Positions 29,201 to 42,900 of a stretch of 64,000 bases of DNA are shown one piece after another. The stretch is from Balanoglossus misakiensis. Its lineage: Eukaryota > Animalia > Hemichordata. The DNA lies in assembly GCA_040954595.2 (NCBI GenBank), contig CM082576.2, positions 19,515,028-19,579,027 of the forward strand. Reading direction: 5' to 3'. A model generated the notes under the pieces. That model saw nothing but the letters and a program-made list of their open reading frames with translations, had not been told where the DNA came from and did not search any database. Position 1 is the first letter of the stretch. Each line of letters opens with the position of its first letter. A program made the translations under genes and the position numbers.

Positions 29201-32200
29201 AAATGACAAATTTTCGACTTTGCAAAATCTCAAAATTTCGTCGATTTTTGAAAAAAAATCATGGGTGAAAATTATCAAAAAATGACACATTTTCGACTTT
29301 GCAAAATCTTACAATTTCGTCGATTTTTAAAAAAAAATCATGGGAGAAAATCATCAAAAAATGACAAATTTTCGACTTTGCAAAATCTCAACATTTCGTC
29401 GATTTTTGAAAAAAATCATGGGTGAAAATCATCAAAAAATGACAAATTTTCGACTTTGCAAAATCTCAAAATTTCGTCGATTTTTGAAAAAAAATCATGG
29501 GTGAAAATTATCAAAAAATGACACATTTTCGACTTTGCAAAATCTTACAATTTCGTCGATTTTTAAAAAAAAATCATGGGAGAAAATCATCAAAAAATGA
29601 CAAATTTTCGACTTTGCAAAATCTCAACATTTCGTCGATTTTTGAAAAAAATCATGGGTGAAAATCATCAAAAAATGACAAATTTTCGACTTTGCAAAAT
29701 CTCAACATTTCGTCGATTTTGAAAAAAACCATTGGGGGAAAATCATCAAAAAATGACAAATTTTCGAGTTTGCAAAATCTCAAAATTTCGTCGATTTTGA
29801 AAAAAACCATTGGGGGAAAATCATCAAAAAATTACAAAGTTTCGACTTTGCAAAATCTCAACATTTCGTCGATTTTTGAAAAAAATCATGGGTGAAAATC
29901 ATCAAAAAATGACAAATTTTCGACTTTGCAAAATCTCAAAATTTCGTCGATTTTGAAAAAAATCATAGGTTCGTCGATTTAAAAAAAAAAACATGGGTGA
30001 AAATCATCAAAAAATGACAAATTTTCGACTTTGCAAAATCTCACAATTTCGTCGATTTTTGAAAAAAATCATGGGAGAAAATCATCAAAAAATGACAAAT
30101 TTTCGACTTTGCAAAATCTCAACATTTCGTCGATTTTTGAAAAAAATCATGGGTGAAAATCATCAAAAAATGACAAATTTTCGACTGTGCAAAATCTCAA
30201 AATTTCGTCGATTTTAGAAAAAAAATCATGGTTGAAAATCATCAAAAAATGACAAAATTTTCGACTTTGCAAAATCACACAATTTCGTCGATTTTGAAAA
30301 AAATCATAGGTTCGTCGATTTTTAAAAAAAAAACATGAGTGAAAATCATCAAAAAATGACAAATTTTCGACTTTGCAAAATCTTAAAATTTCGTCGATTT
30401 TTGAAAAAAAATCATGGGTGAAAATCATCAAAAAATGACACATTTTCGACTTTGCAAAATCTAAAAATTTCGTCGATTTTTGAAAAAAAATCATGGGTAA
30501 AAATCATCAAAAAATGACAAATTTTCGACTTTGCAAAATCTCACAATTTCGTCGATTTTTGAAAAAAATCAATGGAGAAAATCATCAAAAATGACAAATT
30601 TTCGTCTTTGCAAAATCTCAAAATTTCGTCCATTTTTGAATAAAAATCATGGGTAAAAATCATCAAAAATGACAAATTTTCGTCTTTGCAAAATCTCAAA
30701 TTTTCGTCGATTTTTGAAAAAAAAATCATGGGTGAAAATCATCAAAAAATGACAAATTTTCGTCTTTGCAAAATCTCAAAATTTCGTCCATTTTTGAATA
30801 AAAATCATGGGTAAAAATCATCAAAAATGACAAATTTTCGTCTTTGCAAAATCTCAAATTTTCGTCGATTTTTGAAAAAAAATCATGGTTGAAAATCATC
30901 AAAAAATGACAAAATTTTCGACTTTGTAAAATCACAAAATTTCGTCGATTTTGAAAAAAATCATAGGTTCGTCGATTTTTAAAAAAAAAACATGGGTGAA
31001 AATCATCAAAAAATGACAAATTTTCGACTTTGCAAAATCTCAAAATTTCGTCGATTTTTGAAAAAAAATCATGGGTAAAAATCATCAAAAAATGACACAT
31101 TTTCGATTATGCAAAATCTCAAAATTTCGTCGATTTTTGAAAAAAAATCATGGGTGAAAATCATGAAAAAATGACACATTTTCGACTTTGAAAAATCTAA
31201 AAATTTCGTTGATTTTTGAAAAAAAATCATGTGTAAAAATCATCAAAAATGACAAATTTTCGTCTTTGCAAAATCTTAAAATTTCGTCGATTTTTGAAAA
31301 AAATCATGGGTGAAAATCATCAATAAAATGACAAATTTTCGACTTTGCAAAATCTCAAAATTTCGTCAATTTTTGAAAAAATCATGGGTAAAAATCATCA
31401 AAAAATGACAATTTTTCGTCTTTGCTAAATCTCAAAATTTCGTCGATTTTTGAAAAATAATATGGGTGAAAATCATCAAAAAATGACAAATTTTCGACTT
31501 TGCAAAATCTCACAATTTCGTCGATTTTTGAAAAAAATCATGGGTGAAAATCATCAAAAAATGACACATTTTCGACTTTGCAAAATCTCAACATTTCGTC
31601 GATTTTTGAAAAAAAATCATGGTGAAAATCATCAAAAAATGACAAATTTTCGTCTTTGCAAAATCTCAAAATTTCGTCGATTTTTGAAAAAAATCATGGG
31701 TGAAAATCATCAAAAAATGACAAATTTTCGACTTTGCAAAATCTCAAAATTTCGTCAATTTTTGAAAAAATCATGGGTGAAAATCATCAAAAAATGACAA
31801 ATTTTCGTCTATGCAAAATCTCAAAATTTCGTCGGTTTTTGAAAAATAATATGGTTGAAAATCATCAAAAAATGACAAAATTATCGACTTTGCAAAATCT
31901 CACAATTTCGTCGATTTTTGAAAAAAATCATGGGTGAAAATCATCAAAAAATTACACATTTTCGACTTTGCAAAATCTCAACATTTCGTCGATTTTTGAA
32001 AAAAATCATGGGTGAAAATCATCAAAAAATGACAAATTTTCGACTTTGCAAAATCTCAAAATTTCGTCGATTTTGAAAAAAATCATAGGTTCGTCGATTT
32101 AAAAAAAAAACATGGGTGAAAATCATCAAAAAATGACAAATTTTCGACTTTGCAAAATCTCACAATTTCGTCGATTTTTGAAAAATCATGGGAGAAAATC

Positions 32201-34830
32201 ATCAAAAAATGACAAATTTTCGACTTTGCAAAATCTCAACATTTCGTCGATTTTTGAAAAAAATCATGGGTGAAAATCATCAAAAAATGACAAATTTTCG
32301 ACTTTGCAAGATCTCAACATTTCGTCGATTTTGAAAAAAACCATTGGGGGAAAATCATCAAAAAATGACAAATTTTCGAGTTTGCAAAATCTCAAAATTT
32401 CGTCGATTTTGAAAAAAATCATAGGTTCGTTAATTTAAAAAAAAAACATGGGTGAAAATCATCAAAAAATGACAAATTTTCGACTTTGCAAAATCTCACC
32501 ATTTCGTCGATTTTTGAAAAAAATCATGGGTGAAAATCATCAAAAAATGACAAATTTTCGACTGTGCAAAATCTCAAAATTTCGTCGATTTTAGAAAAAA
32601 AATCATGGTTGAAAATCATCAAAAAATGACAAAATTTTCGACTTTGCAAAATCACACAATTTCGTCGATTTTGAAAAAAATTATAGGTTCGTCGATTTTT
32701 AAAAAAAAAACATGGGTGAAAATCATCAAAAAATGACAAATTTTCGACTTTGCAAAATCTTAAAATTTCGTCGATTTTTGAAAAAAAATCATGAGTGAAA
32801 ATCATCAAAAAATGACACATTTTCGACTTTGCAAAATCTCAAAATTTCGTCGATTTTGAAAAAAACCATTGGGGGAAAATCATCAAAAAATGACAAATTA
32901 TCGACTTTGCAAAATCTCAAAATTTCGTCCATTTAAAAAAAAAAACATGGGGGAAAATCATCAAAAAATGACAAATTTTCGACTTTGCAAACTCTCAAAA
33001 TTTCGTCGATTTTGAAAAAAACCATTGGGGGAAAATCATCAAAAAATGACAAATTATCGACTTTGCAAAATCTCACAATTTCGTCGATTTTTGAAAAAAA
33101 TCATGGGTGAAAATCATCAAAAAATTACAAATTTTCGACTTTGCAAAATCTCAACATTTCGTCGATTTTTGAAAAAAATCATGGGTGAAAATCATCAAAA
33201 AATGACAAATTTTCGACTTTGCAAAATCTCAAAATTTCGTCGATTTTGAAAAAAATCATAGGTTCGTCGATTTAAAAAAAAAAACATGGGTGAAAATCAT
33301 CAAAAAATGACAAATTTTCGACTTTGCAAAATCTCACAATTTCGTCGATTTTTGAAAAAAATCATGGGAGAAAATCATCAAAAAATTACAAATTTTCGAC
33401 TTTGCAAAATCTCAACATTTCGTCGATTTTTGAAAAAAATCATGGGTGAAAATCATCAAAAAATGACAAATTTTCGACTGTGCAAAATCTCAAAATTTCG
33501 TCAATTTTTGAAAAAAATCAGGGGTAAAAATCATCAAAAAATGACAAATTTTCTTCTTTGCTAAATCTCAAAATTTCGTCGGTTTTTGAAAAAAATCATG
33601 GGTGAAAATCATCAAAAAATGACAAATTTTCGTCTTTGCAAAATCTCAAAATTTCGTCCATTTTTGAATAAAAATCATGGGTAAAAATCATCAAAAATGA
33701 CAAATTTTCGTCTTTGCAAAATCTCAAATTTTCGTCGATTTTTGAAAAAAAATCATGGTTGAAAATCATCAAAAAATGACAAAATTTTCGACTTTGTAAA
33801 ATCAAAAAATTTCGTCGATTTTGAAAAAAATCATAGGTTCGTCGATTTTTAAAAAAAAAACATGGGTGAAAATCATCAAAAAATGACAAATTTTCGACTT
33901 TGCAAAATCTCAAAATTTCGTCGATTTTTGAAAAAAAATCATGGTTGAAAATCATCAAAAAATGACAAATTTTCGACTTTGCAAAATCTCAAAATTTCGT
34001 CGATTTTTGAAAAAAAATCATGGGTAAAAATCATCAAAAATGACAAATTTTCGTCTTTGCAAAATCTCAAATTTTCGTCGATTTTTGAAAAAAAATCATG
34101 GTTGAAAATCATCAAAAAATGACAAATTTTCGACTTTGCAAAATCTCAAAATTTCGTCGATTTTTGAAAAAAATCATGGGTGAAAATCATCAAAAAATGA
34201 CAAATTTTCGACTTTGCAAAATCTCAAAATTTCGTCGATTTTTGAAAAAAAATCATGGTGAAAATCATCAAAAAATGACAAATTTTCGACTTTGCAAAAT
34301 CTCAAAATTTCGTAGATTTTTGAAAAAAAATCATGGTGAAAATCATCAAAAAATGACAAATTTTCGTCTTTGCAAAATCTCAAAATTTCGTCCATTTTTT
34401 GAAAAAAAATAATGGTTGAAAATCATCAAAAAATTACAAATTTTCGACTTTGCAAAATCTCAACATTTCGTCGATTTTTGAAAAAAATCATGGGTGAAAA
34501 TCATCAAAAAATGACAAATTTTCGACTTTGCAAAATCTCAAATTTTCGTCGATTTTTGAAAAAAAAATCATGGGTGAAAATCATCAAAAAATGACAAATT
34601 TTCGTCTTTGCAAAATCTCAAAATTTCGTCCATTTTTGAATAAAAATCATGGGTAAAAATCATCAAAAATGACAAATTTTCGTCTTTGCAAAATCTCAAA
34701 TTTTCGTCGATTTTTGAAAAAAAATCATGGTTGAAAATCATCAAAAAATGACAAAATTTTCGACTTTGTAAAATCACAAAATTTCGTCGATTTTGAAAAA
34801 AATCATAGGTTCGTCGATTTTTAAAAAAAA
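5239..34830 (+). repeat. Satellite DNA array, 78-bp monomer (left segment)
   Basis: Consensus TTTTCGACTTTGCAAAATCTCAAAATTTCGTCGATTTTTGAAAAAAATCATGGGTGAAAATCATCAAAAAATGACAAA (78 nt) repeated head-to-tail. The 26-aa periodicity of the ORF track confirms the period. Homopolymer length variants and ~105-bp variant monomers occur throughout. Confidence 0.98.
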
Positions 34831-36903
34831 TATAGCGTCAAGGACACTGTGGTCCCATTTGAGGATTATGCGGAAACAGTGACACACCAGAATAAAAATT
34901 ACAGGTGACATTGCAAGCAGATCTGCAAGCAGCAATATCGGGCCCAAGCCAACATAGCAAATAGCAACATAGCAATAAGCATATCTGCTCTGGATGCCAA
35001 GATATAGAAAAGTAGGTCAAAGGTCACCTGAGGTCACCCAAAATTTTGCCAAGAAATTTTGACCCTATACTGGTCCAGGTTCAACAAAAAACAAACCTAT
35101 AGCCCTATTGGTTAGCCTGGAATTAGGTATGCACATAATTAATGAGATATGCAGGTGTCACAGGTGACCCCCAATTTTGGCTTTTCAATTTTAGTCCCAA
35201 CCCTCCAAACGCAAAGTCTGTACCTGCTCTGGATGCCAAGATATGATAAAGTAGGTCAAAGGTCACCTGAGGTCATGCAAAATTTGGGCAAGAAATTTTG
35301 ACCCTATACTGGTCCAGGTTCAACAAAAAACAAACGTATAGCCCTATTGGTTAGCCTGGAATTAGGTATGCACATAATTAATGAGATATGCAGGTGTCTC
35401 AGGTGACCCCCAATTTTGGCTTTTCAATTTTAGTCCCAACCCTCCAAACGCAAAGTCTGTATCTGCTCTGGATGCCAAGATATGATAAAGTAGGTTAAAG
35501 GTCACCTGAGGTCATGCAAAATTTGGGCAAGAAATTTTGACCCTATACTGGTCCAGGTTCAACAAAAAACAAACCTATAGCCCTATTGGTTAGCCTGGAA
35601 TTAGGTATGCACATAATTAATGAGATATGCAGGTGTCACAGGTGACCCCCAATTTTGGCTTTTCAATTTTAGTCCCAACCCTCCAAACGCAAAGTCTGTA
35701 CCTGCTCTGGATGCCAAGATATGATAAAGTAGGTCAAAGGTCACCTGAGGTCATGCAAAATTTGGGCAAGAAATTTTGACCCTATACTGGTCCAGGTTCA
35801 ACAAAAACCAAACCTATAGCCCTATTGGTTAGCCTGGAATTAGGTATGCACATAATAAATGAGATATGCAGGTGTCACAGGTGACCCCCAATTTTGGCTT
35901 TTCAATTTTAGTCCCAACCCTCCAAACGCCAAGTCTGTACCTGCTCTGGATGCCAAGATATGATAAAGTAGGTCAAAGGTCACCTGAGGTCATGCAAAAT
36001 TTGGGCAAGAAATTTTGACCTTATACTGGTCTATGTTCAACAAAAACCAAACCTAGCCCTATTGGTTAGTCTGGAATTAGGTATGCACATAATAAATGAG
36101 ATATGCAGGTGTCACAGGTGACCAATATTTTGGCTTTTCAATTTTAGTCCCAACCCTCCAAACGCCAAGTCTGTACCTGCTCTGGATGCCGAGATATAGA
36201 AAAGTAGGTCAAAGGTCACCTGAGGTCACCCAAAATTTGGCCAAGAAATTTTGACCCTATACTGGTCCATGTCCCACAAGAACGAAACCTCTAGCCCTAT
36301 TAGTTAGCCCGGAATTAGGTATGCACATAATTAATGTGTTAAGCAGGTGTTACAGGTGAGCCCAAAAATTTGCCTTTTATTTTGGCCCCATTGTGCTCAC
36401 TGACCAATAGACAGTCACTGTACAGGACTATTGCACAGACCAGAATTCCACAATAAGATGTAGACATAGCTTAACCATAGAGGTATAAGTAAAGGTATAA
36501 ATTTAATAAAAAGACTAAAAAATTCATAAAAAATAAAACATCGATGATATTAACTTAACACTTACAGGTCGATGTGAGGTTGACATATGGTACATGCATA
36601 CCAATTTTTAAAGCAATCTGACGAGTAGTTGTTGACTTTCAGAGTTTTGATAAATTTCACATTTTTCCAGCTAATTTGCATATTTTTGGGCCTGGCAACT
36701 TCGTTTGGACAAACTCCCATCTACAGCCCAGCCTGCACCTACACACCAAATATTGAGGTGATACGCGCAGCGGTTTTCATGTTTTTGATGTGGACGGACA
36801 TACAGACATACATCCATCCATCCATACATACATCCATACATACATACAGACGCAACCGATCCCATAAGGTCCCATGGTATATATGCCTATACCAATGGGA
36901 CCT
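34831..36903 (-). mobile_element. Complete-looking Helentron-associated non-autonomous element (HINE/DINE-1-type) inserted in an A-tract of the satellite
   Basis: On the minus strand: T-run; 5' subTIR folding into a hairpin (AGGTCCCAT 36867-36875 / ATGGGACCT 36895-36903); (CATA/CATC)n microsatellite ~36795-36850; central 239-bp tandem repeats; 3' subTIR (GGTCCCATT 34851-34859); short stem-loop 34833-34849; T-run. This is the established HINE/DINE-1 layout with TT target preference. Confidence 0.85.
34985..36390. repeat. 239-bp tandem repeat, ~5.9 copies, inside the HINE
   Basis: CTGCTCTGGATGCC anchors at 34985, 35224, 35463, 35702, 35941 and 36177 (spacings 239, 239, 239, 239, 236). Confidence 0.95.
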
Positions 36904-39900
36904 AAAAACATGGGTGAAAATCATCAAAAAATGACAAATTTTCGACTTTGCAAAATCTCAAAATTTCGTCGATTTTTGAAAAAAAATCATGGGTAAAAAT
37001 CATCAAAAAATGACACATTTTCGATTACGCAAAATCTCAAAATTTCGTCGATTTTTGAAAAAAAATCATGGGTGAAAATCATGAAAAAATGACACATTTT
37101 CGACTTTGAAAAATCTAAAAATTTCGTCGATTTTTGAAAAAAAATCATGTGTAAAAATCATCAAAAATGACAAATTTTCGTCTTTGCAAAATCTTAAAAT
37201 TTCGTCGATTTTTGAAAAAAATCATGGGTGAAAATCATCAATAAAATGACAAATTTTCGACTTTGCAAAATCTCAAAATTTCGTCAATTTTTGAAAAAAT
37301 CATGGGTAAAAATCATCAAAAAATGACAAATTTTCGTCTTTGCTAAATCTCAAAATTTCGTCGGTTTTTGAAAAATAATATGGGTGAAAATCATCAAAAA
37401 ATGACAAATTTTCGACTTTGCAAAATCTCACAATTTCGTCGATTTTTGAAAAAAATCATGGGTGAAAATCATCAAAAAATGACACATTTTCGACTTTGCA
37501 AAATCTCAACATTTCGTCGATTTTTGAAAAAAAATCATGGTGAAAATCATCAAAAAATGACAAATTTTCGTCTTTGCAAAATCTCAAAATTTCGTCGATT
37601 TTTGAAAAAAAAACATGGGTGAAAATCATCAAAAAATGACAAATTTTCGACTTTGCAAAATCTCAAAATTTCGTCAATTTTTGAAAAAAAATCATGGGTA
37701 AAAATCGTCAAAAAATGACAAATTTTCGTCTTTGCAAAATCTCAAATTTTCGTCGATTTTTGAAAAAAAATCATGGTTGAAAATCATCAAAAAATGACAA
37801 AATTTTCGACTTTGTAAAATCAAAAAATTTCGTCGATTTTGAAAAAAATCATAGGTTCGTCGATTTTTAAAAAAAAAACATGGGTGAAAATCATCAAAAA
37901 ATGACAAATTTTCGACTTTGCAAAATCTCAAAATTTCGTCGATTTTTGAAAAAAAATCATGGGTGAAAATTATCAAAAAATGACACATTTTCGATTATGC
38001 AAAATCTCAACATTTCGTCGATTTTTGAAAAAAATCATGGGTGAAAATCATCAAAAAATGACAAATTTTCGACTTTGCAAAATCTCAAAATTTCGTCAAT
38101 TTTTAAAAAAATCATAGGTGAAAATCATCAAAAAATGACAAATTTTCGTCTATGCAAAATCTCAAAATTTCGTCGGTTTTTGAAAAATAATATGGTTGAA
38201 AATCATCAAAAAATGACAAAATTATCGACTTTGCAAAATCTCACAATTTCGTCGATTTTTGAAAAAAATCATGGGTGAAAATCATCAAAACATTACAAAT
38301 TTTCGACTTTGCAAAATCTCAACATTTCGTCGATTTTTGAAAAAAATCATGGGTGAAAATCATCAAAAAATGACAAATTTTCGACTTTGCAAAATCTCAA
38401 AATTTCGTCGATTTTGAAAAAAATCATAGGTTCGTCGATTTAAAAAAAAAACATGGGTGAAAATCATCAAAAAATGACAAATTTTCGACTTTGCAAAATC
38501 TCACAATTTCGTCGATTTTTGAAAAAAATCATGGGAGAAAATCATCAAAAAATGACAAATTTTCGACTTTGCAAAATCTCAACATTTCGTCGATTTTTGA
38601 AAAAAAATCATGGGTGAAAATCATCAAAAAATGACAAATTTTCGACTTTGCAAAATCTCAACATTTCGTCGATTTTGAAAAAAACCATTGGGGGAAAATC
38701 ATCAAAAAATGACAAATTTTCGAGTTTGCAAAATCACAAAATTTCGTCGATTTTGAAAAAAAACATTGGGGGAAAATCATCAAAAAATTACAAATTTTCG
38801 ACTTTGCAAAATCTCAACATTTCGTCGATTTTTGAAAAAAATCGTGGGTGAAAATCATCAAAAAATGACAAATTTTCGACTTTGCAAAATCTCAAAATTT
38901 CGTCGATTTTGAAAAAAATCATAGGTTCGTCGATTTTAAAAAAAAAACATGGGTGAAAATCATCAAAAAATGACAAATTTTCGACTTTGCAAAATCTCAC
39001 AATTTCGTCGATTTTTGAAAAAAATCATGGGAGAAAATCATCAAAAAATGACAAATTTTCGAGTTTGCAAAATCACAAAATTTCGTCGATTTTGAAAAAA
39101 AACATTGGGGGAAAATCATCAAAAAATTACAAATTTTCGACTGTGCAAAATCTCAAAATTTCGTCGATTTTGAAAAAAATCATAGGTTCGTCGATTTAAA
39201 AAAAAAAACATGGGTGAAAATCATCAAAAAATGACAAATTTTCGACTTTGCAAAATCTCACAATTTCGTCGATTTTTGAAAAAAATCATGGGAGAAAATC
39301 ATCAAAAAATGACAAATTTTCGACTTTGCAAGATCTCAACATTTCGTCGATTTTTGAAAAATATCATGGGTGAAAATCATCAAAAAATGACAAATTTTCG
39401 ACTGTGCAAAATCTCAAAATTTCGTCAATTTTTGAAAAAAATCAGGGGTAAAAATCATCAAAAAATGACAAATTTTCTTCTTTGCTAAATCTCAAAATTT
39501 CGTCGGTTTTTGAAAAATAATACTGGTGAAAATCATCAAAAAATGACAAATTTTCGACTTTGCAAAATCTCAAAATTTCGTCCATTTTTGAAAAAAAATC
39601 ATGGGTAAAAATCATCAAAAAATGACAAATTTTCGTCTTTGCAATATCTCAAAATTTCGTCCATTTAAAAAAAAAACATGGGGGAAAATCATCAAAAAAT
39701 GACAAATTTTCGACTTTGCAAAATCTCAAAATTTCGTCGATTTTGAAAAAAAATCATAGGTGAAAATCATCAAAAAATGACAAATTTTCGTCTTTGCAAA
39801 ATCTCAAAATTTCGTCCATTTTTGAATAAAAATCATGGGTAAAAATCATCAAAAATGACAAATTTTCGTCTTTGCAAAATCTCAAATTTTCGTCGATTTT

Positions 39901-42900
39901 TGAAAAAAAAATCATGGTTGAAAATCATCAAAAAATGACAAAATTTTCGACTTTGTAAAATCAAAAAATTTCGTCGATTTTGAAAAAAATCATAGGTTCG
40001 TCGATTTTTAAAAAAAAACATGGGTGAAAATCATCAAAAAATGACAAATTTTCGACTTTGCAAAATCTCAAAATTTCGTCGATTTTTGAAAAAAAATCAT
40101 GGGTGAAAATTATCAAAAAATGACACATTTTCGATTATGCAAAATCTCAAAATTTCGTCGATTTTTGAAAAAAAATCATGGGTGAAAATCATCAAAAAAT
40201 GACAAATTTTCGACTTTGCAAAATCTCAAAATTTCGTCGATTTTTGAAAAAAATCATGGGTGAAAATTATCAAAAAATGACAAATTTTCGACTTTGCAAA
40301 ATCTCAAAATTTCGTCGATTTTTGAAAAAAAATCATGGGTGAAAATTATCAAAAAATGACACATTTTCGATTATGCAAAATCTCAACATTTCGTCGATTT
40401 TTGAAAAAAATCATGGGTGAAAATCATCAAAAAATGACAAATTTTCGACTTTGCAAAATCTCAAAATTTCGTCAATTTTTGAAAAAATCATAGGTGAAAA
40501 TCATCAAAAAATGACAAATTTTCGTCTATGCAAAATCTCAAAATTTCGTCGGTTTTTGAAAAATAATATGGTTGAAAATCATCAAAAAATGACAAAATTA
40601 TCGACTTTGCAAAATCTCACAATTTCGTCGATTTTTGAAAAAAATCATGGGTGAAAATCATCAAAACATTACAAATTTTCGACTTTGCAAAATCTCAACA
40701 TTTCGTCGATTTTTGAAAAAAATCATGGGTGAAAATCATCAAAAAATGACAAATTTTCGACTTTGCAAAATCTCAAAATTTCGTCGATTTTGAAAAAAAC
40801 CATTGGGGGAAAATCATCAAAAAATGACAAATTTTCGAGTTTGCAAAATCACAAAATTTCGTCGATTTTGAAAAAAAACATTGGGGGAAAATCATCAAAA
40901 AATTACAAATTTTCGACTTTGCAAAATCTCAACATTTCGTCGATTTTTGAAAAAAATCGTAGGTGAAAATCATCAAAAAATGACAAATTTTCGACTTTGC
41001 AAAATCTCAAAATTTCGTCGATTTTGAAAAAAATCATAGGTTCGTCGATTTTAAAAAAAAAACATGGGTGAAAATCATCAAAAAATGACAAATTTTCGAC
41101 TTTGCAAAATCTCACAATTTCGTCGATTTTTGAAAAAAATCATGGGAGAAAATCATCAAAAAATGACAAATTTTCGACTTTGCAAAATCTCAACATTTCG
41201 TCGATTTTTGAAAAAAATCATGGGTGAAAATCATCAAAAAATGACAAATTTTCGACTGTGCAAAATCTCAAAATTTCGTCGATTTTGAAAAAAATCATAG
41301 GTTCGTCGATTTTAAAAAAAAAACTTGGGTGAAAATCATCAAAAAATGACAAATTTTCGACTTTGCAAAATCTCACAATTTCGTCGATTTTTGAAAAAAA
41401 TCATGGGAGAAAATCATCAAAAAATGACAAATTTTCGACTTTGCAAGATCTCAACATTTCGTCGATTTTTGAAAAATATCATGGGTGAAAATCATCAAAA
41501 AATGACAAATTTTCGACTGTGCAAAATCTCAAAATTTCGTCAATTTTTGAAAAAAATCAGGGGTAAAAATCATCAAAAAATGACAAATTTTCTTCTTTGC
41601 TAAATCTCAAAATTTCGTCGGTTTTTGAAAAATAATACTGGTGAAAATCATCAAAAAATGACAAATTTTCGACTTTGCAAAATCTCAAAATTTCGTCCAT
41701 TTTTGAAAAAAAATCATGGGTAAAAATCATCAAAAAATGACAAATTTTCGTTTTTGCAAAATCTCAAAATTTCGTCCATTTAAAAAAAAAACATGGGGGA
41801 AAATCATCAAAAAATGACAAATTTTCGACTTTGCAAAATCTCAAAATTTCGTCGATTTTGAAAAAAAAAATGGTTGAAAATCATCAAAAAATGACAAATT
41901 TTCGACTTTGCAAAATCTCAAAATTTCGTCGATTTTTGAAAAAAAATCATGGGTGAAAATCATCAAAAAATGACAAATTTTCGTCTTTGCAAAATCTCAA
42001 AATTTCGTCCATTTTTGAATAAAAATCATGGGTAAAAATCATCAAAAATGACAAATTTTCGTCTTTGCAAAATCTCAAATTTTCGTCGATTTTTGAAAAA
42101 AAATCATGGTTGAAAATCATCCAAAAATGACAAAATTTTCGACTTTGTAAAATCAAAAAATTTCGTCGATTTTGAAAAAAATCATAGGTTCGTCGATTTT
42201 TAAAAAAAAACATGGGTGAAAATCATCAAAAAATGACAAATTTTCGACTTTGCAAAATCTCAAAATTTCGTCGATTTTTGAAAAAAAATCATGGGTGAAA
42301 ATTATCAAAAAATGACACATTTTCGATTATGCAAAATCTCAAAATTTCGTCGATTTTTGAAAAAAAATCATGGGTGAAAATCATCAAAAAATGACAAATT
42401 TTCGACTTTGCAAAATCTCAAAATTTCGTCGATTTTTGAAAAAAATCATGGGTGAAAATTATCAAAAAATGACAAATTTTCGACTTTGCAAAATCTCAAA
42501 ATTTCGTCGATTTTTGAAAAAAAATCATGGTGAAAATCATCAAAAAATGACAAATTTTCGACTTTGCAAAATCTCAAAATTTCGTCGATTTTTGAAAAAA
42601 AATAATGGTTGAAAATCATCAAAAAATGACAAATTTTTGACTTTGCAAAATCTCAAAATTTCGTTCATTTTTAAAAAAAATCATGGGTGAAAATCATCAA
42701 AAAATGACAAATTTTCGGTTATGCAAAATCTCAAAATTTCGTCGATTTTGAAAAAAATCATGGGTTCGTCGATTTTTAAAAAAAATCATGGGTGAAAATC
42801 ATCAAAAAATGACAAATTTTCGACTTTGCAAAATCTCAAAATTTCGTCGATTTTTGAAAAAAAATCATGGTGAAAATCATCAAAAAATGACAAAATTTTC

